From Coleofasciculus sp. B1-GNL1-01 (GTDB lineage Bacteria; Cyanobacteriota; Cyanobacteriia; Cyanobacteriales; Coleofasciculaceae): DNA of 57,008 nucleotides. Below are positions 10,100 through 20,131 of the stretch, in pieces (position 1 is the first letter of the stretch; every line of letters begins with the position of its first letter). The stretch is taken from the NCBI GenBank assembly GCA_040220235.1, contig JAVJTO010000035.1, one strand, 5' to 3'. The notes below the pieces were generated by a model, which searched no databases, was not told where the DNA came from, and saw only the letters and a program-made list of their open reading frames with translations. Position numbers and translations under genes: made by a program.

Positions 10100-11272
10100 C
10101 TAGGATATGTGGTGTTTGGTGTTTGTGCTACGCTGAGTCAATTGAACCGCCGCAGCACCAAAAATCGTCGCCATTGATTGTTCCGGACGACATAACAACG
10201 TCTTGGCAACCTGAAGCATCGCAATCCCCATATTGCCAAAAGATTTTTGATACTGAATCATTGCCTGAATCTGTTGAATTAAAGCAAAACCTGTAAATTG
10301 CACCACCCGTTGTAAGAAATCAGGGCGATGATTAAAGATATCCGAGAACGTGTCACAATACGCTTGAATTAGGGCAGCAATGGAAGGCTGAAGCTGTTCT
10401 AGGGGTGTCGCCGCTAAACGCAGAGATTCTTCGATACTGAGTGAATTACTGATCACCAAGCTACTGAGCCAAATTTGCACATAGCTGGCAAGTAGTGTTC
10501 CTAAATCAAACGCTGGATCTCCCCACGTCGATCGCTCCCAGTCAATAATACGGACAATGCTATCAGGAGTTTGCTCCCAATCCCTGTGCAGCAGGATATT
10601 ATTCAACTTCAGGTCATTGTGCGTCAGGCAACAGGGAGCAAAAGCACTGCCTAACTCCGCGATCGCACACCCCAAACTATCATACCGCTGATAAAGGGCA
10701 AAAAACTTCAACCCATCAGCAGGCACTTGACCAAAAATTTCCGGTCTAATCCGTTCCAATCCTCGAATCAATTTAGGAACTTGGTCACTCGTGAGCTGAT
10801 CCGACTGTTGAGCAAAGAAATGCTGATAGTCTTGGCAGTTAAACGTATCGCGATGGAGAGTCGCCAAGAACGTACTAATTGCCACCGCAATTTCTGGAAA
10901 AAAACGATTTTCCTTACTGTAGAACTCCATTAAATCCTGGTAATCATCCAGGTAACGGCAGACAAGAATTGAATGATCCCGATCAAAATGCAACACGTCT
11001 GGCAAAAACGGACGCAGGTGTTCAACCGCTGGAAATTGCTGCAAAAACACTTGCATCTGCCACTCTCCCCAAAACTCGCCAGCCGCTTTTCCGTCCTGAT
11101 TGTGCCGTTCCTGCTTGACCAAAAGCTTATGAGTATCGGTCAATTTTACCAATAAGTTAAAGTTTTTGGCAGCAACTGGCTCAACCTGACTGAGAGCTAG
11201 CTCTGAGGGATGGCAAAAACTATGCTCAACTAAATAATCGAAAACATTATCAGAGTTCAATAAAAATGTCAT
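10100..11272 (-). CDS. APH-family phosphotransferase (LanK-like Ser/Thr kinase)
   Basis: LLVKQE, HNDLKLNNIL, IIDWE, GDPAFDLG kinase motifs. Confidence 0.88.
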   Translation of the reverse strand: MTFLLNSDNVFDYLVEHSFCHPSELALSQVEPVAAKNFNLLVKLTDTHKLLVKQERHNQDGKAAGEFWGEWQMQVFLQQFPAVEHLRPFLPDVLHFDRDHSILVCRYLDDYQDLMEFYSKENRFFPEIAVAISTFLATLHRDTFNCQDYQHFFAQQSDQLTSDQVPKLIRGLERIRPEIFGQVPADGLKFFALYQRYDSLGCAIAELGSAFAPCCLTHNDLKLNNILLHRDWEQTPDSIVRIIDWERSTWGDPAFDLGTLLASYVQIWLSSLVISNSLSIEESLRLAATPLEQLQPSIAALIQAYCDTFSDIFNHRPDFLQRVVQFTGFALIQQIQAMIQYQKSFGNMGIAMLQVAKTLLCRPEQSMATIFGAAAVQLTQRSTNTKHHIS

Positions 11273-12110
11273 AACTTTAGTTCTCGGTTTAAGTTTTTGC
11301 TTAAGCTTCTAATTAATCCACCGTCACTATAGTTCACTCAAACGTGTAACTTCAAGGTTCAACCAGGACTTGTTTAGAAAAAAATAATGTGATTTTATCT
11401 CATTTCATTTAATGCCAACAGACAAGAAACTGATTGAATTAGGTTATCCTGTCAGCCCTATGGGATTGAACCCTATGTTAAAGCAAGCCGACTTCACCTC
11501 GCCTAACATTATTACAACCCAGAACTCGTCTATGACAGAGCCATGTTAAATGCCTAGACAGCTTCTTACTGGTGAGGACGGTAAAAGCCACTCAAGTTGA
11601 ACTGACTTTTTTCGAGAACATGGGTAATTATTGTGACAGTTTTTTCCCAGAAAGACGCTCTCACTCTGAAAACCACGACAACCGCTTCTCAATTCTGGGA
11701 AGAATTCCAAGTCTGGATCACTCAAATGCATAATTTCAAAAACCCACCCCTAATAAGTCAATCAAAGAGTTCACAAGCTAAGGCTGAAACAGAGATATGA
11801 CTTATAATACCCACTGTCGTCGCCCCAACGTTCCGTTTCCTGAAGAATTAACGAATGCCCGAATTGAAGCAGAAGACATCGAAAGCTTTGCCCCGAATTT
11901 GATTTTTGGGATTCCTCAAACGCACTATCCTGCCGGATCAGCATTAATACCCGAATTGAACTTTGGAGCATTGCCCAGTTCTTTCGATCCCCATGAATTA
12001 CTATATGCAAACTGTAATTGTTGCCCAAAATGCTGTTGTATTTTTTATATAAATAACTCAAGTATTTTGATCGGGTTTGCTTTGGTTGTGACTGGGTGAC
12101 ATTAGAGAAC

Positions 12111-12797
12111 TCAGTTGAGCGGCTTCATGGATTGCAATACCTGAATAAATTCTTCTATGCTAACAGGCTCGCACCAATCACTATAACCGGAAATCAAGGT
12201 AAAATAGTAACTGGAGGGTAGACCAACCTGTTCCCCCTTGACCCGAGCAATGATCATCGGTCTGTCCTCCACATTACCGGAATAAACAGTGACTTCACCT
12301 TGCAAAACATTCACCGAAATTTCTGATAGTCCTAACGATTCAAATGATGTACCGTCAAGAGCATCATAAAGTTCTAAACAGGTATTTTTTTCTCGTTCTC
12401 GATAAATAATTGAGTAGCTAAAAGGGTTTGAGGCGTTTATGTAATAGTTTTCAGTCGCCTGAAATTCCATCAGATAAAATCCAGAGGGAAGATAGGTTGG
12501 TTTGAAAATGGGAGCATTAAATCCCGGAATATCTACAGTTGTAACGATGGAAATAGTTTGTTGAGATAGTTGGATTTCTTGATCGGAATAACGGGAATTT
12601 CCCGTATTTTGAGCGATTGATGTTTTGGAGTCAGCCTCCCTGGTAATTGAAGGAGGCGAATTGGTTGTTGAAATGCTCAAATTGTCGGATTGAGCCGTTG
12701 GCGCTTTAGTGGCTGTGGAGTTTCTTGCACAACTGGCAAGAGAGAGCCATGTAACGGCAGCTAAGGCGCAAACGACAGTTCGATCAGGCTGGTTCAT
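12111..12797 (-). CDS. Hypothetical lipoprotein
   Basis: Lipobox LASC, Ser/Thr linker, PTYLPSGF motif. Confidence 0.7.
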   Translation of the reverse strand: MNQPDRTVVCALAAVTWLSLASCARNSTATKAPTAQSDNLSISTTNSPPSITREADSKTSIAQNTGNSRYSDQEIQLSQQTISIVTTVDIPGFNAPIFKPTYLPSGFYLMEFQATENYYINASNPFSYSIIYREREKNTCLELYDALDGTSFESLGLSEISVNVLQGEVTVYSGNVEDRPMIIARVKGEQVGLPSSYYFTLISGYSDWCEPVSIEEFIQVLQSMKPLN

Positions 12798-12908
12798 CTG
12801 AGAATTCCTTCAGTATTCGTGGTCACAAAGATAAAACTTTTACGCTGGCTCAAACGCTGCAAAATTCTTGTCCCCAAGTTGGATTAAATTTCTCAGGATC
12901 GTTTTTCT

Positions 12909-13448
12909 TTAGAAATAGATACAACACCCCTCACGCACAAAAGAAATGAGAGGGCGTTCAGGGTTACTCAAATCCAATCTATAGTCAACAAAGGGTACAC
13001 CCGTATTTTGCCCTTGTCTAACTTGGACAATAAAAATTGGACTGAGATTTGAGTTTTGCTCAATGCCTTCAATAAACTGACTACTAATTTCACTTAGACT
13101 TATACGTCTAGATTGGATAAAATTGGGTTGAGAGATACAAAACATAGCCGCTCCGTCTGTATGTGTTGCGGCGTAGAACCAGTAGGGTTGACCGTTTGCT
13201 GTAAACTTTCGACTATAGAAAATTCGTTTATAGTCAAACCAAGGAGGTTCAGATAGGTTTTCGATCACAGAGTTGGGAACATGGTGACAATCCATATCAA
13301 TATAAACATCACCTTCAGCCCTAGCCGATTTTGAGGGAAGTAACAGGAATCCTACAACTAGGGAGAGAGACGTTAGGGTTAGTCGAGTCAGGCGATCGCA
13401 AAGGTTTATCTTAGTTTTCATCTTCATGGTTAATATTTTGCAGCTCAT
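12909..13448 (-). CDS. Hypothetical secreted protein
   Basis: Signal peptide ending ARA; 179-aa ORF. Confidence 0.65.
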   Translation of the reverse strand: MSCKILTMKMKTKINLCDRLTRLTLTSLSLVVGFLLLPSKSARAEGDVYIDMDCHHVPNSVIENLSEPPWFDYKRIFYSRKFTANGQPYWFYAATHTDGAAMFCISQPNFIQSRRISLSEISSQFIEGIEQNSNLSPIFIVQVRQGQNTGVPFVDYRLDLSNPERPLISFVREGCCIYF

Positions 13449-13560
13449 TTATATTACTCCTGAAGGCGACGTAACGTCTGTAACAGTCGTTATTACATTG
13501 ACATTAGTTGCTAAATATCAATACGCTAGTTATCAGAACGAGTGTTTTCAATTGAAGCAT

Positions 13561-13863
13561 TCATGTTTCGATTAAAGCTGGTGCTAGTACAGCCAATAAA
13601 TTGAACAGTGCTATCACTCCTATAACGCAAACGAATAGAGTAATTCCTGCCAAAATTTTCACCTTTCCAGGTATAGTATACCCTTTGTTTTTACTCATTA
13701 AAACCTCGCTCATTCTGGTAAAAATGTACAACTCAATCATTAATCCAATAGTTAATACCATCACCTCTTTGACTTCGACCGTGTTAGGTCTAGCATAAAC
13801 AGTTAAAAACCAGATACCAACAGCAGTCGCATTTAAAACATTAAGCATGACATATAAATTCAA
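13561..13863 (-). CDS. Hypothetical membrane protein (about 3 TM)
   Basis: Three hydrophobic segments; start uncertain. Confidence 0.5.
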   Translation of the reverse strand: MNLYVMLNVLNATAVGIWFLTVYARPNTVEVKEVMVLTIGLMIELYIFTRMSEVLMSKNKGYTIPGKVKILAGITLFVCVIGVIALFNLLAVLAPALIET

Positions 13864-13890
13864 TAAAACTCTTATCAGTCAAAATTTCTA

Positions 13891-14112
13891 TTAGTCAAAA
13901 GTTCTCATTATACAGTCATTCCATAATGATTTTATGGATAAAAAACACCATAATAGAGTTATTAACGCAAATATTCGTATTGTAATTCCTTTAAATATTC
14001 GTACATACCAAGCTCCTAAAGACTTTTTTTTATACCCTATTATTACCTTGAACATCTGGACAATAATGTATCCTCCAATGATAAATCCTATGGTCAAATG
14101 ACCAACTGTCAC
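13891..14112 (-). CDS. Small hypothetical membrane protein (2 TM)
   Basis: Two hydrophobic segments; overlaps the upstream ORF, so a frameshift is possible. Confidence 0.35.
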   Translation of the reverse strand: MTVGHLTIGFIIGGYIIVQMFKVIIGYKKKSLGAWYVRIFKGITIRIFALITLLWCFLSIKSLWNDCIMRTFD

Positions 14113-14425
14113 TCATAAAGGACTCCAACTTGTCTCCTCTTGACAAGGTGTACCTGAAATCATTGGCTTTTTGAATTAGTCGATTGGTTGCTTCCTCAAC
14201 TGAATAGTCAGAATCAACATTCTGTTTAGAAGATTGACTAACGATTAAACTGACGGAACTAGGAGCAGGCTTTAATTGACTCCGGTATACAACTTTATTC
14301 TGAAGGTCAGGCGTCAATTTTTGGAGTTCTTCATCAGTTGTAGATGACTGAGCTTGTGCATAATTAAACTGAGTAATTGTACCTAACATGAACACGAAGG
14401 TAATGGAATGTATTAGTGTTTTCAT
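14030..14425 (-). CDS. Hypothetical secreted protein
   Basis: Likely start MKTLIHS with signal peptide ending AQA. Confidence 0.5.
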   Translation of the reverse strand: MKTLIHSITFVFMLGTITQFNYAQAQSSTTDEELQKLTPDLQNKVVYRSQLKPAPSSVSLIVSQSSKQNVDSDYSVEEATNRLIQKANDFRYTLSRGDKLESFMSDSWSFDHRIYHWRIHYCPDVQGNNRV

Positions 14426-14462
14426 TTTTAACTTACTCACAAAAATATAGGTAAAACTCTCC

Positions 14463-15704
14463 TTAGTACGCTGTAGCAAAACCCAAACAACCTTCTTCAT
14501 AATCTACTTCTGGAAGTTGACCAATAACAATCTGGGACACCTGAGTTCCATCTGTACGAAAGTGAAGGCGCAAGTTTTTGTCGCGTTGGCTTTGGGGAAC
14601 AAACGTCAGGAAATTACCGTGATGGACTGCGGGCTTCACCCGAAGCCGTTGTTTATAAATCGATTGAACTCGTTTTTCTGTATCACCAACTCCTGCGCCA
14701 CTAATCGTTTGAGGGCGAGAGTCTTCAATGTCAATTCGGGCAATACGTCCGTTACTCACTAGAAAAGAAACACCAAGTTCTTCGGGATTTTGATCCATTT
14801 GATAGTAGCTACAATCCGGATGAGGATTTGAGTCCATCGGGACTAAATCAACTCCCGCCGCCTGTGACGCCTGCTTAACAGTCATACCAATATCTACAGT
14901 TCCAAAGCCATTAATCGCAATTTTGGATCGGGGATTTAGCTTTGCCCGATTGAGTCCTTTCTCTAAACAAAGAGTCCCTTCATCGTCAGCCAGCAAACAG
15001 TTTCCGTTTTGGTCAAGGATACTCACCTCAACAATAGTCGGAAACTGTTGGAGCGTTTCCACAATTGCGCTTGTCATTCGCACTGAATCGGCAATGCCAT
15101 AGTGAATTATTTTACGACAAAATTGTACAAATGCTGTACCCTCATCGATAGAAATCGTAAAATCTTGACCACAGTTAGAACGTCCACTTAAAGGGGTAAG
15201 AGAGGAGAGTCCCTGCTGTTTTTCCGAGGAAGTGGGACCGGCGAGGAGTTGAGTGAGCGCGAATTTGGCAACACCTGGACTGGATGTGTTTCGCCAAACG
15301 GATTTGACGGTAGTAGGATCTGACGATTCGGTAACTGGAAAAAAGACTTTAACTCGGTTTTGAACGGGAGATTCAGCCGCATCTGAAACTTGAGTTTTCT
15401 GGGAACGGCGTGGAGATGATTCAGCTTGGGACAATTCAGTTTCCTGTGAATCGGTTTGGGATAACTCAGATTCAGATTTAGGTTCAGGTTGAGGTTCCTG
15501 AGTTGAACGGTCATTCTGATTGACAGGTTGCCCACAAGCACTGAGTCCTAGTAGCACAATCAGTAAACATCCTAGTGCGTTGGTCAAGAAACCAGATTCA
15601 TGTTTGGGAGATACTCTTCTAGAGTGGTTATCCTCACTCCCAACTGGATTTCTGGGAGGTATGGATTGGTTCTGTAGTCGATTTGGCTGATTTAGCTTGT
15701 GCAT
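14463..15704 (-). CDS. GerMN-domain lipoprotein
   Basis: Lipobox LSAC; ALTQLLAGPT and IVETLQQFPTI GerMN motifs; second C-terminal domain. Confidence 0.75.
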   Translation of the reverse strand: MHKLNQPNRLQNQSIPPRNPVGSEDNHSRRVSPKHESGFLTNALGCLLIVLLGLSACGQPVNQNDRSTQEPQPEPKSESELSQTDSQETELSQAESSPRRSQKTQVSDAAESPVQNRVKVFFPVTESSDPTTVKSVWRNTSSPGVAKFALTQLLAGPTSSEKQQGLSSLTPLSGRSNCGQDFTISIDEGTAFVQFCRKIIHYGIADSVRMTSAIVETLQQFPTIVEVSILDQNGNCLLADDEGTLCLEKGLNRAKLNPRSKIAINGFGTVDIGMTVKQASQAAGVDLVPMDSNPHPDCSYYQMDQNPEELGVSFLVSNGRIARIDIEDSRPQTISGAGVGDTEKRVQSIYKQRLRVKPAVHHGNFLTFVPQSQRDKNLRLHFRTDGTQVSQIVIGQLPEVDYEEGCLGFATAY

Positions 15705-15964
15705 GATTCATGTTCCTGTTATGAATCGGCAGGTATCATTGTACTTATTGCCCCTCGATTTCAGATTTATGCAAAAAGTCGCTGGGGCGATCGCATACCC
15801 CTTCTGGTCAAGATGATTTACCCTACACTGGCACAGTGGCGGCGCGATCGCTTTGTTACTTTAGTTCAATATTTTTAACAAATCGCAATCAAATGACAAT
15901 TATTTGTATCAAGCCATCCCTTGACTCGCGTGATAATATAGCTGTCAATCCAATGAGCAAATAG

Positions 15965-16198
15965 ATGAAACTCAAAACGGCTCTAATCAGCATCCCATTA
16001 ATGGCTTTATCCATTCTCCTGACTCAATCCTCAATAGGATATAGCTGTGAAGAGGAAGATAGCACTCCGGCTCAACGGTTAAAGACGATTCGTGATGACC
16101 AATCGGGTTTAGTTTTTGAAGTCGCCAGTAATTATCGAGCAGTAGCAGTCTCTAACGCTTGTATTGATAATGTAGAGCCTATGTCAAAAAGTAGTTAA
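15965..16198 (+). CDS. Short secreted protein, possibly truncated
   Basis: Signal-peptide-like N-terminus; only 77 aa. Confidence 0.35.
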   Translation: MKLKTALISIPLMALSILLTQSSIGYSCEEEDSTPAQRLKTIRDDQSGLVFEVASNYRAVAVSNACIDNVEPMSKSS

Positions 16199-16229
16199 TA
16201 TTTTGTTACTCCATACAGGTTAAAAAAAG

Positions 16230-17378
16230 ATGATTATCAAGAAATACTATTTATGGTTGTGGTTATTATTAACGTCTACAATACTGATTGGCGGTTGTAC
16301 TCAAGAATCAGCAGAAAATCTCAATCAAGAATCTACTACAGATTCAACCAATGCTGTTTCACCCAAAACTGAACCTGTCCAACCTGCTTCACAACCAGCC
16401 AGTTCAACGACAGAATCTAAGAAGGTTAAAAATAAAGTCACATCAAATTCACAGGCAACACTTGAGTCAAAGGAAGCTAACAATTCAATTTTATTAGAAG
16501 CGGTTAGGGAGCAAGACCTTGAGGGAGTGAAAGCGGCATTAGCTAATGGTGCAGATGCTAATGCTAGCAATCCAAATGCTATCACTGCCTTGATGTTTGC
16601 TGCCATGAATGGAGATATCGATGTCTTTAATGTTTTGTTAGAGGCTGATGCAGATGTTAACCTTGAAAGCGGTGAAGGAGAAACGGCTCTCATCTATGCA
16701 GCCGGAGAGGGATATCTTGCAATCGCTCAAATTTTGATTGAAAAAGGGGCAGATATTGATGTCCAAGATGCTGGAGATGTTGGCACAACGGCTCTGATCA
16801 GAGCAGCCGTAGGTGGACATATCGAAATCGTAAAATTATTACTAGCCAATGGGGCTGATGTAACAACTCAATCCCTCTACGGTGATACAGCTTTGACCAT
16901 GGCTCAACACAATGGATATACCGAAATTGTTGAACTTCTAAAAAAAGCTGATCCTCACCTGAAAAAGGATAGCATTGAGGTTAACCCAAGTACAAATCCA
17001 CCAACCTTCGACGACTATCCGGTTGATACTGTAACGTTGACACAGCACGCACCTATTGATTTTGACAGTCATCCTAAAGCTTCCACCTTCAGAGACGCTT
17101 TAAAGTATGGGATTAAAGATGGTCCTAACTTTGCCCAACACTACACAATTGCGACCTGGGGGTGTGGTACTACTTGCCAAGCATTTGCCATTGTTGATGC
17201 CTACACAGGCTCTGTCTACTTTCCCGATTTTGTTTCTTCAGTTGGATTAGATTTTCGCCTTGATAGTAATCTTCTGGTAGTTGATCCACCCGAAACTATC
17301 CAATCCACTTACGTTCCTCCTGGCGTAGAAACTCAGTATTTTATTTGGAACAATAAACAACTTGTGCTGATTGAATAA
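16230..17378 (+). CDS. Ankyrin-repeat lipoprotein
   Basis: Lipobox IGGC; TALMFAA/TALIYAA/TALIRAA ankyrin repeats; C-terminal PNFAQHY...WGCGTTC domain. Confidence 0.88.
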   Translation: MIIKKYYLWLWLLLTSTILIGGCTQESAENLNQESTTDSTNAVSPKTEPVQPASQPASSTTESKKVKNKVTSNSQATLESKEANNSILLEAVREQDLEGVKAALANGADANASNPNAITALMFAAMNGDIDVFNVLLEADADVNLESGEGETALIYAAGEGYLAIAQILIEKGADIDVQDAGDVGTTALIRAAVGGHIEIVKLLLANGADVTTQSLYGDTALTMAQHNGYTEIVELLKKADPHLKKDSIEVNPSTNPPTFDDYPVDTVTLTQHAPIDFDSHPKASTFRDALKYGIKDGPNFAQHYTIATWGCGTTCQAFAIVDAYTGSVYFPDFVSSVGLDFRLDSNLLVVDPPETIQSTYVPPGVETQYFIWNNKQLVLIE

Positions 17379-17410
17379 CTGCTTAAATCGTTCCCGACTC
17401 AGATTAATTT

Positions 17411-17518
17411 AACGGCTACCAACTTAAGACGGGACAGCCCACGGGAAAAGGCTTTCAGGCTGCAAGGGGTTCAGACAATCTCTCTGAAATTTTGTCCCGC
17501 ATTAGGTGGGTAGCCATT
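17411..17518. mobile_element. MITE-like element
   Basis: Imperfect terminal inverted repeats GGCTACCAACTTAAGACGGGACA / TGTCCCGCATTAGGTGGGTAGCC between convergent genes. Confidence 0.5.
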
Positions 17519-17523
17519 TAACT

Positions 17524-18492
17524 TTAAGGAACCCAGGGTGAGGTATCAAAATCGCAAATCTCTGGAGGAAAGACTGGGCAATTTCTGTGTGTGATTGGAT
17601 TACCTGTCAGGTTAACCAGCCTTAAGTTTTTTAGTCTGGCTAGAGGACTGATGTCTGTGATTTGGTTGTAGCTGAGGTAAAGTACCCATAAATTTGTTAG
17701 TCTGGCTAGAGGACTGATATCTGTAATTTGGTTATTGTTGAGGCGAAGATCCTTCAGAGTCGTGAGTTCAGAAAGAGGGCTAACATCTTCTATTTGGTTG
17801 TCGTTGAGATCCAGTTCAGTCAGGTTCGTGAGTCCGGAAAGAGGTCTAATATCTGCAAGTGGGTTGCTGCTGATGTAAAGCTTCTCCAGATTTGTGAGTC
17901 CAGAAAGAGGATTGACATCCGTTATTTGGTTGTTGTGGAGTCGAAGCGTCTTCAAGTTTGTGAGTCCTCCCAGAGGTCTTAAATCTGTGATTTCCTTTCC
18001 GCTAAGGTAAAGCTCAGTACGACTGGAAACATTGTTGGCAGCAAGTTTACAATCACTCGTTCCTGCTTCTTCTAACAGCACCTCTACTGTTTTTCTCGCT
18101 TCGGCTGACAAGCCGGTTCGTTGGAGACACCACTCTTCAAAAGAATTTCCCAGATTGTATTTTAATGTATTGAAGTCTATTTCGTCTATATTCCAATCAT
18201 AAACATCAAGAAAGTCTGAATGAGTAGAGCTATGGGATAACAAATACGCTTTACCGTTACTACATTTTATCGTTACAGTTGCTTCTCCATATTCACTTCC
18301 TGTGTAAATTATTTTTGGGCATTTCTGTAAATTCCATTTCAATATTCGCGCCGCATTTTCTTGGTTAGATTTTTCAGTGAAATTTATGTTGGTCGCCTTC
18401 TTTAAAGCCAAAAACATATCATCTGCTGTTAAGACAATGCCCAAGAACATTAATAAAACAACAAAACTAGCTGTCAAGCATTTTCTGTTCAT
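17524..18492 (-). CDS. Internalin-like leucine-rich repeat protein
   Basis: 22-aa LRRs (NQITDISPLxxLTNL); probable start MNRKCL. Confidence 0.88.
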   Translation of the reverse strand: MNRKCLTASFVVLLMFLGIVLTADDMFLALKKATNINFTEKSNQENAARILKWNLQKCPKIIYTGSEYGEATVTIKCSNGKAYLLSHSSTHSDFLDVYDWNIDEIDFNTLKYNLGNSFEEWCLQRTGLSAEARKTVEVLLEEAGTSDCKLAANNVSSRTELYLSGKEITDLRPLGGLTNLKTLRLHNNQITDVNPLSGLTNLEKLYISSNPLADIRPLSGLTNLTELDLNDNQIEDVSPLSELTTLKDLRLNNNQITDISPLARLTNLWVLYLSYNQITDISPLARLKNLRLVNLTGNPITHRNCPVFPPEICDFDTSPWVP

Positions 18493-18650
18493 ACAATGAA
18501 GTCCAGGGAATGATGAGTAATTGTGCGGATTAATTAGGGCTGACGTAAAAATATTACTTCCCCTCAATGGTTTTCTCTATTCAATAACCATACACTTATG
18601 GTACTATTACAGTTTACAGAGACTAATTTCAAAAATCAAGAAATATTTTT

Positions 18651-20078
18651 ATGGTTGCCAAAATGCTTAAACTATTCTGTTCGAGCCTGGTTTTGAATAC
18701 GGTATTCTGGGTAAATTTTTCCGCCTTGGCGCAACCCATACCTGAGCTGCGTCAAGGCATGATCTATGAAGATGCCAGAACATTGTTAATTGAGCAAGGG
18801 TGGCAAGCGATATTTAATATGGCTCAGTTTAATAATCCGGAGCGAGGCGCAGTCATTGACAGTTTAATTGAAAAAGGATACACCGAAGTGGTTGACTGTT
18901 CAGGTACTGGATTGGGACTTTGCTTGTTTCAATTCCAGAATGCTACGGGAGAGACATTATCCGTATCGACGACAAATAACGCTCCAGCACGGACAAGCGT
19001 AGTGTTTGGCTGGAGGCTGGAGGCTCCTGCGACAACTCATACGTTTAACTTCATAAAAAAAATTAGGGGTTTCACCTCCCGATTTGGTAATTCAGTCGCC
19101 ATAGATGGGAGTAATGCTATTATTGGCTCCGATGCAGGTGATAATTCAACGGATAGTGGTGCAGCCTATTTGTTTGATTTGACGACTGGCTCCTTACTCT
19201 GGAAATTTGAACCCACTGATGGTGATTGGGGAGACCAATTTGGTCGTTCAGTCGCTATCCATGGCAATAAAGTTTTGATTAGCTCATCCAATGGTAATAA
19301 TGGTGGTTCAGTCTATCTGTTTGACATAAACACTAAATCCCTCCTCTGGAAATTGACCGCTCCTGATGGGAATTGGGATGATGAATTTGGTAATTCGGTC
19401 GCCATAGATGGTAATTATGCTCTTATTGGTTCCTGGTTAGATGATGATAAGGGAGATGATAGTGGAGCCGCTTATTTATTCGACGTCAGGACTGGCTCTC
19501 TACTCCAGAAATTTTTGCCCCCTGATGGTTATACGGCTACGATATTCGGTCACTCATTAGTCATGGATGGTTACTATGCTCTGATTGGCTCTGGGAGTTA
19601 CGATGACGTTAGTTCGGTTTACCTGTTTAACGTAAAAACTGGCTCCCTACTCCAAAAATTTACGGCTCCTGATAGTGATCTAGGCTACGGATTCAGTCGT
19701 TCATTAGCTATAGATGGCGACTATGCTCTGATTGGTTCTTGGACTCATGATGAAATAGGTTCCGCTTACCTGTTTAACATAAAAACTGGTTCTCTGCTCC
19801 GAAAGTTCATCCCGCCGGAGGGCGATGCGATTGACGCATTTGGTCTTTCAGTAGCTATAGACGGTAATTATGCTATCATCGGCTCTTCGGATGATAATCA
19901 AATTGGTTCTGCCTACCTTTTTGACATACGATCCGGTTCACTACTCCAGCGAATTACAGCGCCTGATGGGGCTAAATTTGATGCATTTAGTAGTTCAATT
20001 GCTATAGATGGAAATAATGCTTTAATTAGCGCTCCATTCAACGAAGGTTCAGGTTCTGTATACCTGTTTAGGAAATAA
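18651..20078 (+). CDS. Secreted FG-GAP repeat beta-propeller protein
   Basis: About 7 repeats FGxSVAIDGNYALIG...GAAYLF; signal peptide. Confidence 0.88.
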   Translation: MVAKMLKLFCSSLVLNTVFWVNFSALAQPIPELRQGMIYEDARTLLIEQGWQAIFNMAQFNNPERGAVIDSLIEKGYTEVVDCSGTGLGLCLFQFQNATGETLSVSTTNNAPARTSVVFGWRLEAPATTHTFNFIKKIRGFTSRFGNSVAIDGSNAIIGSDAGDNSTDSGAAYLFDLTTGSLLWKFEPTDGDWGDQFGRSVAIHGNKVLISSSNGNNGGSVYLFDINTKSLLWKLTAPDGNWDDEFGNSVAIDGNYALIGSWLDDDKGDDSGAAYLFDVRTGSLLQKFLPPDGYTATIFGHSLVMDGYYALIGSGSYDDVSSVYLFNVKTGSLLQKFTAPDSDLGYGFSRSLAIDGDYALIGSWTHDEIGSAYLFNIKTGSLLRKFIPPEGDAIDAFGLSVAIDGNYAIIGSSDDNQIGSAYLFDIRSGSLLQRITAPDGAKFDAFSSSIAIDGNNALISAPFNEGSGSVYLFRK

Positions 20079-20131
20079 AAATGAAAGTCTTTAAAATAGG
20101 GTTATCACAATCTCACCCATCAAGCGAGTTC

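Noticed and set aside
11546..12099. Cys-rich ORF (…CNCCPKCCC) as a second RiPP precursor
   Set aside because: No GG leader resembling the 8265-8450 peptide; overlapping ORFs on both strands suggest a degraded or spurious region
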